Below are positions 18,927 to 27,435 of a stretch of DNA of 62,851 bases, one piece after another. The position numbers and the translations under genes were made by a program. This stretch comes from Phycicoccus sp. (GTDB lineage: Bacteria > Actinomycetota > Actinomycetes > Actinomycetales > Dermatophilaceae), in NCBI GenBank assembly GCA_043721575.1, contig JAYSQM010000081.1:1-62851 (forward strand). The letters are read 5' to 3'. The notes beneath the pieces are model-generated. The model was not told where the DNA came from. It saw nothing but the letters and a program-made list of their open reading frames with translations, and made no database searches. Within the stretch, counting starts at the first letter, position 1. Every line of letters starts with the position of its first letter.

Positions 18927-20942
18927 TCAGCGGGTCTCCAGCAGCTCGTCCCTGCCAGCGGTCAGCACGGTCAGCGGGAGGAGGCGCTTACCGGTGGGCC
19001 CGATCTCGATCTCGGTGTTCATCTGCGGGCAGACGCCACAGTCGAAGCACGGGGTCCAGCGGCAGTCCTCGACTTCGACATCACCCAGGGCGTCCTGCCA
19101 GTCCTGCCACAGCCAGTCCTTGTCGAGCCCGGAGTCGAGGTGGTCCCAGGGCAGAACCTCGGTCTGCTCGCGCTCACGGGTGGTGTACCACGCAACATCG
19201 ACCGGTTCGTCGGCCAGAGCCGTTTGGGCACACCGCATCCAGCGCTCGTAGTTGAAGTGCTCGCTCCAGCCGTCGAACCTCGCACCCTCACGCCATGCGG
19301 CCTCGATGACCTTGCCGACGCGACGGTCACCGCGGGACAGCAGTCCTTCGATGATGCCGGGCTGGCCATCGTGGTAGCGGAATCCGATGGCCGAGGCGTA
19401 ACGCTTGTCGGCCCGGATCGCCTCACGCAGCTTCTGCAACCGCGCATCGGTCTGCTCGGCGCCGAGCTGCGCACACCACTGGAACGGGGTGTGAGGTTTG
19501 GGCACGAACCCGCCGATCGAGACGGTGCAACGGATGTCACGCTGGCCGCTGACCCGTCGCCCGGTCTCGATAACCCGCTTGGCCAGGTCGGCGATCTGCA
19601 GCACGTCCTCGTCGGTCTCGGTGGGCAGGCCGCACATGAAGTACAGCTTCACCTGACGCCAGCCGGCCGAGTAGGCCGCGGCGACGGTGTTGATCAGGTC
19701 GTCCTCGGTGACCATCTTGTTGATGACCCTGCGGATGCGCTCGGAGCCGCCCTCGGGCGCGAACGTCAGGCCGGAGCGGCGCCCGCCCCGGGTCAGCTCG
19801 TTGGCCAGGTCGATGTTGAAGGCGTCGACGCGTGTCGATGGCAGCGACAGACCGGTCTGCGTGCCTTCGTATCGGTCGGCCAGTCCCTTGGCGATCTCGG
19901 CGATCTCGGAGTGGTCGGCGCTCGATAGTGAGAGAAGTCCGACCTCTTCGAATCCCGTTGCTGCCAAACCCTTTTCGACCAACTCGCCGATACCGGTGAT
20001 GGATCGTTCGCGAACCGGACGGGTGATCATGCCGGCTTGGCAGAAGCGGCAGCCGCGGGTGCAGCCACGGAAGATCTCGACCGACATTCGCTCGTGAACG
20101 CTTTCGGCCAAAGGCACCAGCGGCTGTTTCGGGTAGGGCCAGGCGTCCAGATCCATGACCGTGTGCTTGGCGATGCGCCACGGCACACCGTGCGCATGGG
20201 CCGCCGGGGCGACGCGCTTGATCCGGCCGTCGGGAAGGTAGTCGACTTCGTAGAACGCCGGCACGTAGACCCCGCCGGTGCGCGCGAACCGAAGTAGCAG
20301 CTCGTGGCGACCGCCCGGACGACCCTGCGCCTTCCATGCCGTGAGCAGGTCGGTCACCTCAAGGACAGCCTGCTCGCCGTCGCCCACGATGGCCGCGTCG
20401 ATGAAGTCCGACACCGGCTCGGGGTTGAATGCCGCGTGTCCCCCGGCGATGACGATCGGGTCGTCGTCGCTGCGGTCGCGCGCGCGCAGAGGTATGCCGG
20501 CCAGGTCCAGTGCGGTCAGCAGGTTGGTGTAGCCCAGCTCGGTGGAGAAGGAGACGCCGAACATGTCGAAGCCGCGCAACGCCCGATGGCCATCAACGGT
20601 GAACGCCGAGACGCCCTCGCTGCGCAGCAGCGCCTCCATGTCCGGCCACACGGCATACGTCCGCTCGGCCAGGGCATCGGGACGTTCGTTGATGACCTCG
20701 TACAGGATCATGACGCCCTGGTTGGGCAGGCCGATCTCGTAGGCATCGGGGTACATCAGGGCCCAGCGTGCGGTCAGCTCCTCGCCCCCGGGGCTGAACC
20801 CGCCGCAGTTCCAGTCCTTGACGGTGGAGTTGAGCTCACCGCCGACATACTGGATGGGCTTGCTCACCTGTTCCAGCAGCGGCTCCAGGCGATGGAACAG
20901 AGAATCGCCGGTAAGACCGGTCTGGCCAAGGCTTTCGGGCAT
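18927..20942 (-). CDS. B12-binding-domain radical SAM protein (TIGR03960-like)
   Basis: 671-aa ORF with the CxxxCxxC cluster in EIFRGCTRGCRFCQAGMITRP. The N-terminal part is B12-binding-like. Confidence 0.88.
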   Translation of the reverse strand: MPESLGQTGLTGDSLFHRLEPLLEQVSKPIQYVGGELNSTVKDWNCGGFSPGGEELTARWALMYPDAYEIGLPNQGVMILYEVINERPDALAERTYAVWPDMEALLRSEGVSAFTVDGHRALRGFDMFGVSFSTELGYTNLLTALDLAGIPLRARDRSDDDPIVIAGGHAAFNPEPVSDFIDAAIVGDGEQAVLEVTDLLTAWKAQGRPGGRHELLLRFARTGGVYVPAFYEVDYLPDGRIKRVAPAAHAHGVPWRIAKHTVMDLDAWPYPKQPLVPLAESVHERMSVEIFRGCTRGCRFCQAGMITRPVRERSITGIGELVEKGLAATGFEEVGLLSLSSADHSEIAEIAKGLADRYEGTQTGLSLPSTRVDAFNIDLANELTRGGRRSGLTFAPEGGSERIRRVINKMVTEDDLINTVAAAYSAGWRQVKLYFMCGLPTETDEDVLQIADLAKRVIETGRRVSGQRDIRCTVSIGGFVPKPHTPFQWCAQLGAEQTDARLQKLREAIRADKRYASAIGFRYHDGQPGIIEGLLSRGDRRVGKVIEAAWREGARFDGWSEHFNYERWMRCAQTALADEPVDVAWYTTREREQTEVLPWDHLDSGLDKDWLWQDWQDALGDVEVEDCRWTPCFDCGVCPQMNTEIEIGPTGKRLLPLTVLTAGRDELLETR

Positions 20943-20987
20943 GGGTTCAAGGGTAACCCGCGGTGTTCGTTCGAGGGCTTGGGCTGG

Positions 20988-22826
20988 TCAGGACTGGTAG
21001 AGCGAGTCCAGCTCGCTCTTGTGCTTGTCGGCCACGACCCTTCGCTTGAGCTTCATGCTCGGGGTGAGGTCCCCCTCCTCGACGGAGAGGTCCCGCGGCA
21101 GGATGACGAACTTCTTGATCGTCTCCCAGCGGTTGAGTCTGGCGTTGAGCTCGTCGATGTAGCCCTGAACCATCTCGCGCGCCGCAGGCGAGCTGACGAT
21201 CTCGGCATACGACGCGCCAGCCATGGCATTCTCGGCTGCCCAGCCCGCCATCGCATCGGGGTCGAGCGTGACCAGCGCGGACACGAAGTTGCGCCCGTCG
21301 CCGTGCACGACGAGCTGGCTGGCGTAGGGGCACACCCCCTTGAAGATCGACTCGATGGCGGACGGGGCGACGTACTTGCCGCCAGAGGTCTTGAACAGGT
21401 CCTTCTTGCGGTCGGTGATGCGCAGGAACCCGCGCTCGTCGAGGTTGCCGACGTCCCCCGTGTGCAGCCATCCGTCGCCGTCCAGCGACTCAGCCGTTGC
21501 CTCGGGCAGGTTGTGATAGCCCGTCATGATGCCCGGGCCCTTGAGCAGGACCTCCCCGTCCTCGGCGATCTGGACCTGGGTGCCCGGCACCGCCCAGCCG
21601 ACGCTTCCGAAGGCATAGGCTCCCGGCCGGTTGATGAAGGACGCGGCGCTGGACTCGGTCAGGCCGTAGCCCTCGAGGATGAGCATGCCTGTGGCGTCGA
21701 ACCACGAGGCCACGTCAGGGTTGAGTGCTGCCGAGCCGGAGACGAAGAACCTGATCCTGCCGCCGAACCGTGCTCGGATCTTGTGCAGGACCAGCCTGTC
21801 CGCAAGCGCGTACTGGGCAGCCAGAAGACCGGACGCCTTGCGCCCTTCAGCGCGCAGGACGGCAACCTGACGGCCGACGCCGATGGACCACGCGAACAGC
21901 TTGGCCTTCACGCCCCCCTCAGCACTCATCGTGGTCACGATCCGGCCATAGGCCTTTTCGAAGACGCGGGGAGCCGCGCCCATGAACGTCGGAGCAACGA
22001 CGGCGAGGTTTTCCACGATCTTGTCCACGCGCCCGTCGATCGCCGTCGCAAATCCCATCTGCAGCGGGAGAGTGAGCAGGTTCTTGCCGAACACGTGGGC
22101 CAGCGGCAGCCAGAGGTACTGAAGATCGTCCTGCGTCAGGATGCCCATCGCGTCGATCGCTGCCGCCTCATAGGTCCAGGCGTCATGGGACAGGCGAACT
22201 CCCTTGGGCTGCCCCATCGTTCCGGAGGTGTAAATGAGCGTGGCGAGATGCTGCGGTTCGATGGCGGCGATCCGGTCGTCCACGACGGAAGGCATCTGCG
22301 CCAGGTGTGCGACGCCCAGCTGCTCCAGATCAGCCAAAGAGATGACCCAGTCACCATCGGCCGTTCCGTCGAACGTGACGACCTTGGCCACCTCGGGCAG
22401 CTGTGAGCGGTTGGCACGAAGCTTGGCGATCTGGGCGTCGTCCTCGGCGAACACGATGCGGCTCTGGGAGTCACCGACGATGAAGGTCACGTCCGACTCG
22501 GACGTCGTGGGATAGATGGTGGTCGTCGCGGCCCCCGACAACATCACGGCCAGGTCGGCGATCACCCACTCGTAGCGAGTGCTCGACGCGAGCGCCACGC
22601 GCTGCTCCGACTCGATACCCAGGGCCACCAGACCCGCCGCCAACTGGCGCACGAGGGCATCGGTCTGCGCCCAGGTGACCGACTCCCAAGCCGCCTCCCG
22701 AGGGAAACGGAACGCCTCTGCCGCGGGCGCCTTGGCCACACGATCGACGAACAGGTGAGCCACCGAACGGGCCCGATGCTCGATCAGGGAGAGGTCATTG
22801 TGCTCGTCGCTCGCCGAGAAGGCCAT
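20988..22826 (-). CDS. long-chain acyl-CoA ligase (AMP-forming)
   Basis: Trimmed to ATG 22826 (MAFSASDEHND), with AGGAG upstream. Motifs: AMP-binding YTSGTMGQPKGV and TGDVG...DRKKDLFKTSGGKYV. Confidence 0.9.
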   Translation of the reverse strand: MAFSASDEHNDLSLIEHRARSVAHLFVDRVAKAPAAEAFRFPREAAWESVTWAQTDALVRQLAAGLVALGIESEQRVALASSTRYEWVIADLAVMLSGAATTTIYPTTSESDVTFIVGDSQSRIVFAEDDAQIAKLRANRSQLPEVAKVVTFDGTADGDWVISLADLEQLGVAHLAQMPSVVDDRIAAIEPQHLATLIYTSGTMGQPKGVRLSHDAWTYEAAAIDAMGILTQDDLQYLWLPLAHVFGKNLLTLPLQMGFATAIDGRVDKIVENLAVVAPTFMGAAPRVFEKAYGRIVTTMSAEGGVKAKLFAWSIGVGRQVAVLRAEGRKASGLLAAQYALADRLVLHKIRARFGGRIRFFVSGSAALNPDVASWFDATGMLILEGYGLTESSAASFINRPGAYAFGSVGWAVPGTQVQIAEDGEVLLKGPGIMTGYHNLPEATAESLDGDGWLHTGDVGNLDERGFLRITDRKKDLFKTSGGKYVAPSAIESIFKGVCPYASQLVVHGDGRNFVSALVTLDPDAMAGWAAENAMAGASYAEIVSSPAAREMVQGYIDELNARLNRWETIKKFVILPRDLSVEEGDLTPSMKLKRRVVADKHKSELDSLYQS

Positions 22827-22925
22827 TGTCGCTCCTGAAGGTGGTCCTGCACAGACCCGGATGATGTCAGCGATAGCCGCATCCGTAAAGCGCTCACAGA
22901 CATTCCCCAAGGTTGAGGCCGTATC

Positions 22926-23870
22926 GTGCTGCCAATGATCTCCCTGCGCCAGCGACGCGTGCGGCCAAGTCCGGCGTGGTTCGCGGTCGGTGCTCTTTTG
23001 TCTGCTGTGGCGATCTGGGCCATCCTGGGAGCTTTCACACCATCGCCCACAGGGGGGTTGCCCCACACCGCGGCTTCGAATGCTGCGGCAATGGCCGCGC
23101 CAGCGGCGACGCCCACGACACCGCCCACGCCCACACCGACGCCGACGCCGCCACCCACGCCCACGCCCACGCAAACACCCACCATGGCCCCCGGATCCGC
23201 CACGGTCGTGGGGATCGGTGACTCGGTGACCGCTGCCGGAGCTTGCGGGTGTACCGGGTTCGTGCAGTCGTACGCCGCCCAACTGCCCACTGCCGCCGGC
23301 GGCCCCGCCCACGCAGTGAACCTTGGCACCGACGGCCTCACCGCTGCGGCGCTGCGCACGTTGATCACCAGGCCCGGCCCCACGGCCTCGGCGGTGGCCA
23401 GCGGAGACATCCTGATGGTCACCATCGGCGCGAACGACCTCGAGCCCCTGCTCTCGCGTTGGCAGGCCTCGGGCTGCTCCGCAGCCTGTTACGCGCCGGC
23501 CGTGGATGCCGTGGGCTCCGACCTCAGCGCCATCCTGGCTGCTGCCAAGGGCCTGCGCGGCGATCGGCCGACTCGGATTCTGGTGACGGACTACTGGAAC
23601 GTCTTTGTCGACGGCGACGTTGCGCGCGTCAGCGACGGCCCGGCATACCTTCGTTGGAGCGATGAGCTGACGCGAGCAGTCAACGACAGGATCTGCACCG
23701 CCGCAAAGACTGCCCGCGCCACCTGCGTTGACCTGTATGCGCCGTTCAAGGGCGACGGGAGCGTGAACCCGACCGCGATGCTGGCTGGCGACGGGGACCA
23801 CCCCAACGCCGCCGGTAACCAGCTCATCTCCTCGGCCCTGCTCACGGCGACGTCGCTGCCAGGAGGATGA
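22926..23870 (+). CDS. secreted SGNH/GDSL hydrolase
   Basis: N-terminal TM/signal segment, a Thr/Pro linker, block I VVGIGDSVTA, GANDL, and block V DGDHPN. The start is GTG 22926 or ATG 22935. Confidence 0.8.
   Translation: MLPMISLRQRRVRPSPAWFAVGALLSAVAIWAILGAFTPSPTGGLPHTAASNAAAMAAPAATPTTPPTPTPTPTPPPTPTPTQTPTMAPGSATVVGIGDSVTAAGACGCTGFVQSYAAQLPTAAGGPAHAVNLGTDGLTAAALRTLITRPGPTASAVASGDILMVTIGANDLEPLLSRWQASGCSAACYAPAVDAVGSDLSAILAAAKGLRGDRPTRILVTDYWNVFVDGDVARVSDGPAYLRWSDELTRAVNDRICTAAKTARATCVDLYAPFKGDGSVNPTAMLAGDGDHPNAAGNQLISSALLTATSLPGG
23106..23183. repeat. low-complexity (Thr-Pro)n coding repeat
   Basis: acgccc/acaccg-type repeats that encode ATPTTPPTPTPTPTPPPTPTPTQTPT in the hydrolase linker. 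Confidence 0.85.
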
Positions 23871-23873
23871 CCC

Positions 23874-25001
23874 TCATGGTCGGCGAAGGCCGGACAGGTG
23901 CGCGTTGTTGACCAGGCCCAGTGCAAGCCAGCTGGCGAACATGCTCGAGCCGCCGTAGGACACGAAGGGCAGCGGAAGACCGGTCACCGGCGTCATGCCC
24001 AGGTTCATCCCGACGTTCTCGAAAATCTGGAAGATGAACCAGCAGGCGACGCCGATCGCGACGAGCCGGCCGAAGGCATCTCGAGCCCGGACCGCGATCA
24101 GCAGCGTCCGCAGCACCAGGAAACCCAGGACCAGCAGCAACCCGGCGCTACCCAGGAACCCGAGCTCCTCCCCCGCCACCGAGAACACGAAGTCGGTCTG
24201 CTGGAACGGGATGAACCCGCCCTGTGTCTGACGCCCCTGGAACAGCCCCTGGCCCTCCCACCCGCCGGAACCGATCGCGATACGGACCTGGTGGGTCTGG
24301 TAGCCCATCCCCTGTGGGTCAGCGGAGGGGTTGGCGAAGGTGACCAGTCGGTCGCGCTGATAGGGGCTCAGGACAGGGGTCGTCAGGGCCACGGTGATGC
24401 CGATGGTCACCACCGCCAGGGCCCCGACCAGCCAGCGTCTCGGGGCGCCGGACACCGCGATCACACCGACAGCAAGCGCCCCGAGGACAAGGGCGGAGCC
24501 GAGGTCAGGCTGCAGCATGACCAAGCCGATCGGTATGCCGGCCACGACCCAAGCGGTCGCGACGTCGCGGTGCGAGGGCGGCTGGTCCCGCTCTCCCCGC
24601 TCCGCGAGGATGACCGCCAGGCCGACGCTCAGGGCCACCTTGGCGAACTCCGAGGGCTGGATGGAGAATCCGCCGGGTAGCTGGATCCACGAGCGCGATC
24701 CGTTGATGGTGGAGCCGACCGGGGTCAGGACCAGGACCAGCCCGGCGACCGATGCGAGGTAGAGCCAGGGGGCGTAGGCGCGCAGCCCCCGGAAGTCGAC
24801 CCGGGTGACCACTGCCGCCAGCCCCAGGCCGATGCCGGTGTTGAGCAGGTGACGAGCGAGGTACGCCGACCCCGACTGGTGTCGGGTAGCCGACCAGACC
24901 AACAGCGCTCCGATGAGCGAGAGACCGAGGCCGCCGATGAGCAGACCCCAGTCGGTGCGGGACCAGATCAGCGTGGCGGATCCGGTCTGCCTCGAGGTCA
25001 T
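23874..25001 (-). CDS. SEDS family protein (FtsW/RodA/SpoVE)
   Basis: 375-aa polytopic membrane protein with the SEDS motif DFVFSVAGEELGFLG. Confidence 0.85.
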   Translation of the reverse strand: MTSRQTGSATLIWSRTDWGLLIGGLGLSLIGALLVWSATRHQSGSAYLARHLLNTGIGLGLAAVVTRVDFRGLRAYAPWLYLASVAGLVLVLTPVGSTINGSRSWIQLPGGFSIQPSEFAKVALSVGLAVILAERGERDQPPSHRDVATAWVVAGIPIGLVMLQPDLGSALVLGALAVGVIAVSGAPRRWLVGALAVVTIGITVALTTPVLSPYQRDRLVTFANPSADPQGMGYQTHQVRIAIGSGGWEGQGLFQGRQTQGGFIPFQQTDFVFSVAGEELGFLGSAGLLLVLGFLVLRTLLIAVRARDAFGRLVAIGVACWFIFQIFENVGMNLGMTPVTGLPLPFVSYGGSSMFASWLALGLVNNAHLSGLRRP

Positions 25002-25018
25002 GCGGGCACGGACCAGGG

Positions 25019-25996
25019 TCAGGACGCGACGATGGAGGACAGCACGCTCCGACAGTGCTCGACGTCGTCGGCAATCTGCACGAGCAGGTCCTCGATGGAG
25101 TCGAACTTCTCAGTCGCCCGCAGTCGCTCGACGAACTCGACAGCCACGATCTCGCCGTAGAGCTCGAGGTCGGTGCGATCCAGGACGTAGGCCTCGACCC
25201 GGCGCTGGGTACCTGCGAAGGTCGGGTTGGTGCCGATCGAGATCGCGGCCGGCAAGGTGTGGTCGAGATCGCGGTCGGGCAGCGTCGGTCGGATCAGCCA
25301 GCCAGCGTAGACACCGTCGGCAGGGATCAACCCCGCTGGTCCCTGGCACAGGTTCGCTGTGGGATAGCCCAGCTCGCGTCCGCGGTGATCGCCGTGTACG
25401 ACCTCACCACTGACCCGATGCGGGCGCCCGAGGATCTCGGCCGCGCCTGCGACGTCGCCCGCGGCCACGAGGTCGCGAACACGACTGGAGGACCAACGAC
25501 CCCCCTCGCCGAGGTCCGCGAGGGTGAGCACCTCGAAGCCGTGCTCGGCGCCCAGTCGACGCAGCGTGCGGACGTCCCCGGAGTTGCGGACCCCAAACCT
25601 GGTGTCCTCGCCCACGACGACCACGCTGGCACCCAGCGCCTTGACGAACACCTCGACCACGAAGCGCTCCGGCGTCCACTGGGCGAACTCGGCGGTGAAC
25701 TCCATGACCAGCACGGCGTCCAGTCCGGTTGCCGAGAGCAGGTCGAGACGATAGTCGGGGGACGTGATGATCTGCGGCGCCCGCTCCGGGTGAAGAACGG
25801 CGACCGGATGCGGTTCGAAGGTGACCGCAACCGCGTGGGCGCCATCTGGGCCCTGGTCGCGAGCCGTCCGGACGACGGTGGACAGCACGGCGTAATGGCC
25901 CTTGTGCACGCCGTCGAAGTTGCCCAGCGTCACCACGCTCGGGCCGTAGCCCTGGGGGATCTGGGAGAGGTCGGTCCATCGCAGCACGAGGGACAC
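25019..25996 (-). CDS. ribF: bifunctional riboflavin kinase / FMN adenylyltransferase
   Basis: LGNFDGVHKGH and GYPTANL motifs. GTG start. Confidence 0.95.
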   Translation of the reverse strand: MSLVLRWTDLSQIPQGYGPSVVTLGNFDGVHKGHYAVLSTVVRTARDQGPDGAHAVAVTFEPHPVAVLHPERAPQIITSPDYRLDLLSATGLDAVLVMEFTAEFAQWTPERFVVEVFVKALGASVVVVGEDTRFGVRNSGDVRTLRRLGAEHGFEVLTLADLGEGGRWSSSRVRDLVAAGDVAGAAEILGRPHRVSGEVVHGDHRGRELGYPTANLCQGPAGLIPADGVYAGWLIRPTLPDRDLDHTLPAAISIGTNPTFAGTQRRVEAYVLDRTDLELYGEIVAVEFVERLRATEKFDSIEDLLVQIADDVEHCRSVLSSIVAS

Positions 25997-25997
25997 T

Positions 25998-26912
25998 CTA
26001 CGAACCCGAGGGCGCGAACACGACGCGGGCCTTGGCCAGCGAGCCGCTCTCGTCGAGCATGGCCACCAGGTGCCCCTCGGGTGCGAAGGCTGCCACCGGC
26101 TGGCTGCGGCCCGCGGGCTGCGAGGCGATGCGCTGCCCGTAGCCGACCGCGATGGCCTCCGGTGCGGTCAGCTCGCGCACGGCAAAGCAGGTCCGCGCCG
26201 CGTCCGAGAGCGTGACCACCGGAATGCCGTCCGCCTCGCTGGCGATCTCGAGATCGGTGAGCGAGTGCGCGCCGTCGAGCCCGAACTGCCCGACGCGGGT
26301 GCGCCGCAGCGCAATGAGGTGCCCACCCACACCCAGGGCTGCACCCAGGTCGCGGGCCAAGGCCCGGACGTAGGTCCCCGACGATACGTCAACGATGACG
26401 TCGAGATCCCAGACCCCATGGCCCCCAACGCTTTTGGCCCGCTGGCCGAGGATCTCGAACCTGCTGACGGTGACCGGGCGAGCGGGCAGGACGACGTCCT
26501 GCCCCGCACGCACCCGTGCATACGATCGTTGCCCGTCCACCTTGATCGCACTGACCGAGCTGGGCACCTGGGTGATCTCACCGGTGAGAGCGGCCACCGC
26601 ACGCTCAACGGCCTCGGCGCTCAGGCCCGCGACATCGCCGGACGTCGCGACCTGACCCTCTGCGTCATCGGTGATCGTTGACTGACCCAGACGGATCGTC
26701 GCGGTGTAGGTCTTGTCGGCGCCCACGAGGAACGTCAGGAGCTTGGTGGCGCGATTGATTCCCAGAACGAGGACACCGGTGGCCATCGGGTCCAGCGTGC
26801 CCGCGTGGCCGACCCTGCGGGTGCCACACAGACGTCGAGCGCGAGCAACGACGTCGTGACTGGTCCATCCGGCCGGCTTGTCGACGATGAGCAGCCCGTC
26901 AGGGGTGGTCAT
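25998..26912 (-). CDS. truB: tRNA pseudouridine(55) synthase
   Basis: [15 protein letters not shown] and [14 protein letters not shown] motifs. Confidence 0.95.
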   Translation of the reverse strand: MTTPDGLLIVDKPAGWTSHDVVARARRLCGTRRVGHAGTLDPMATGVLVLGINRATKLLTFLVGADKTYTATIRLGQSTITDDAEGQVATSGDVAGLSAEAVERAVAALTGEITQVPSSVSAIKVDGQRSYARVRAGQDVVLPARPVTVSRFEILGQRAKSVGGHGVWDLDVIVDVSSGTYVRALARDLGAALGVGGHLIALRRTRVGQFGLDGAHSLTDLEIASEADGIPVVTLSDAARTCFAVRELTAPEAIAVGYGQRIASQPAGRSQPVAAFAPEGHLVAMLDESGSLAKARVVFAPSGS

Positions 26913-27355
26913 GCCTGGGCGGCGTCTTCTTCGTCAACGACCGGCTTCTTGTACGGGTCGGCGTCACCGGCGTAGGTCGCACCAGCTGCTGCGGCGGCCA
27001 CCTGGGCATCGTGCTGCTTGGCCGTGACGAGCAGGTCCTCGAGGTGGGCCGCGCCCTCCGGCAGCGCGTCGGGGATGAACTCCAGCGTCGGTGTGAGCCG
27101 GATGCCGATGCCCCTGCCCACTGCCGAGCGGAGCTTGCCCTTGGCCGACTCGAGCGCCGCTGCCGTCTCGGCACGTTCGGCCTCGCCACCAAACACCGTG
27201 TAGAACACCGAAGCATTCTGCAGGTCGCCGGTCACCCGCACGTCGGTGATCGTGATGAAGCCGAGTCGCTCGTCCTTGACGCGGTACTCCAACGTCTCGG
27301 CAACGAGCACCTTGATGCGGTCTGCAATCTTCTTCGCGCGTGCCGGATCAGCCAT
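26909..27355 (-). CDS. rbfA: ribosome-binding factor A
   Basis: 148-aa ORF with an RbfA-like KH fold sequence. It has a 4-nt ATGA overlap with truB. Confidence 0.93.
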   Translation of the reverse strand: MADPARAKKIADRIKVLVAETLEYRVKDERLGFITITDVRVTGDLQNASVFYTVFGGEAERAETAAALESAKGKLRSAVGRGIGIRLTPTLEFIPDALPEGAAHLEDLLVTAKQHDAQVAAAAAGATYAGDADPYKKPVVDEEDAAQA

Positions 27356-27389
27356 GGTCCTACCTTCCTAGTCCCTGACCACCCAAACC

Positions 27390-27419
27390 GGCCACGCGGG
27401 TTTGAGGACCCGCGTGGCC
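27390..27419 (-). terminator. 12-bp perfect hairpin in the infB-rbfA spacer
   Basis: ggccacgcgggt (27390-27401) pairs with acccgcgtggcc (27408-27419) across the loop ttgagg. The downstream tract is only partly U-rich (GGTTTGGG). It could be an attenuator or a processing site. Confidence 0.4.
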
Positions 27420-27435
27420 GCGATGGTGAGCGAGG

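Noticed and set aside
22784-23425. A 213-aa minus-strand ORF with a striking (Gly-Val)n run.
   Set aside because: It is the reverse-complement reading of the (Thr-Pro)n linker of the SGNH hydrolase. The plus frame carries the catalytic GDS and DxxH blocks.
20988-23801. Very long N-terminal extensions of several track ORFs: 2850-4244, 9134-9784, 9517-10434, 10398-11861, 20988-23801, 32345-34264, 41083-42384 and 47114-49369.
   Set aside because: The extensions overlap well-supported neighbouring genes and are compositionally junk. Internal starts reproduce canonical N-termini, many of them with an SD sequence or start/stop coupling. I trimmed the coordinates accordingly.
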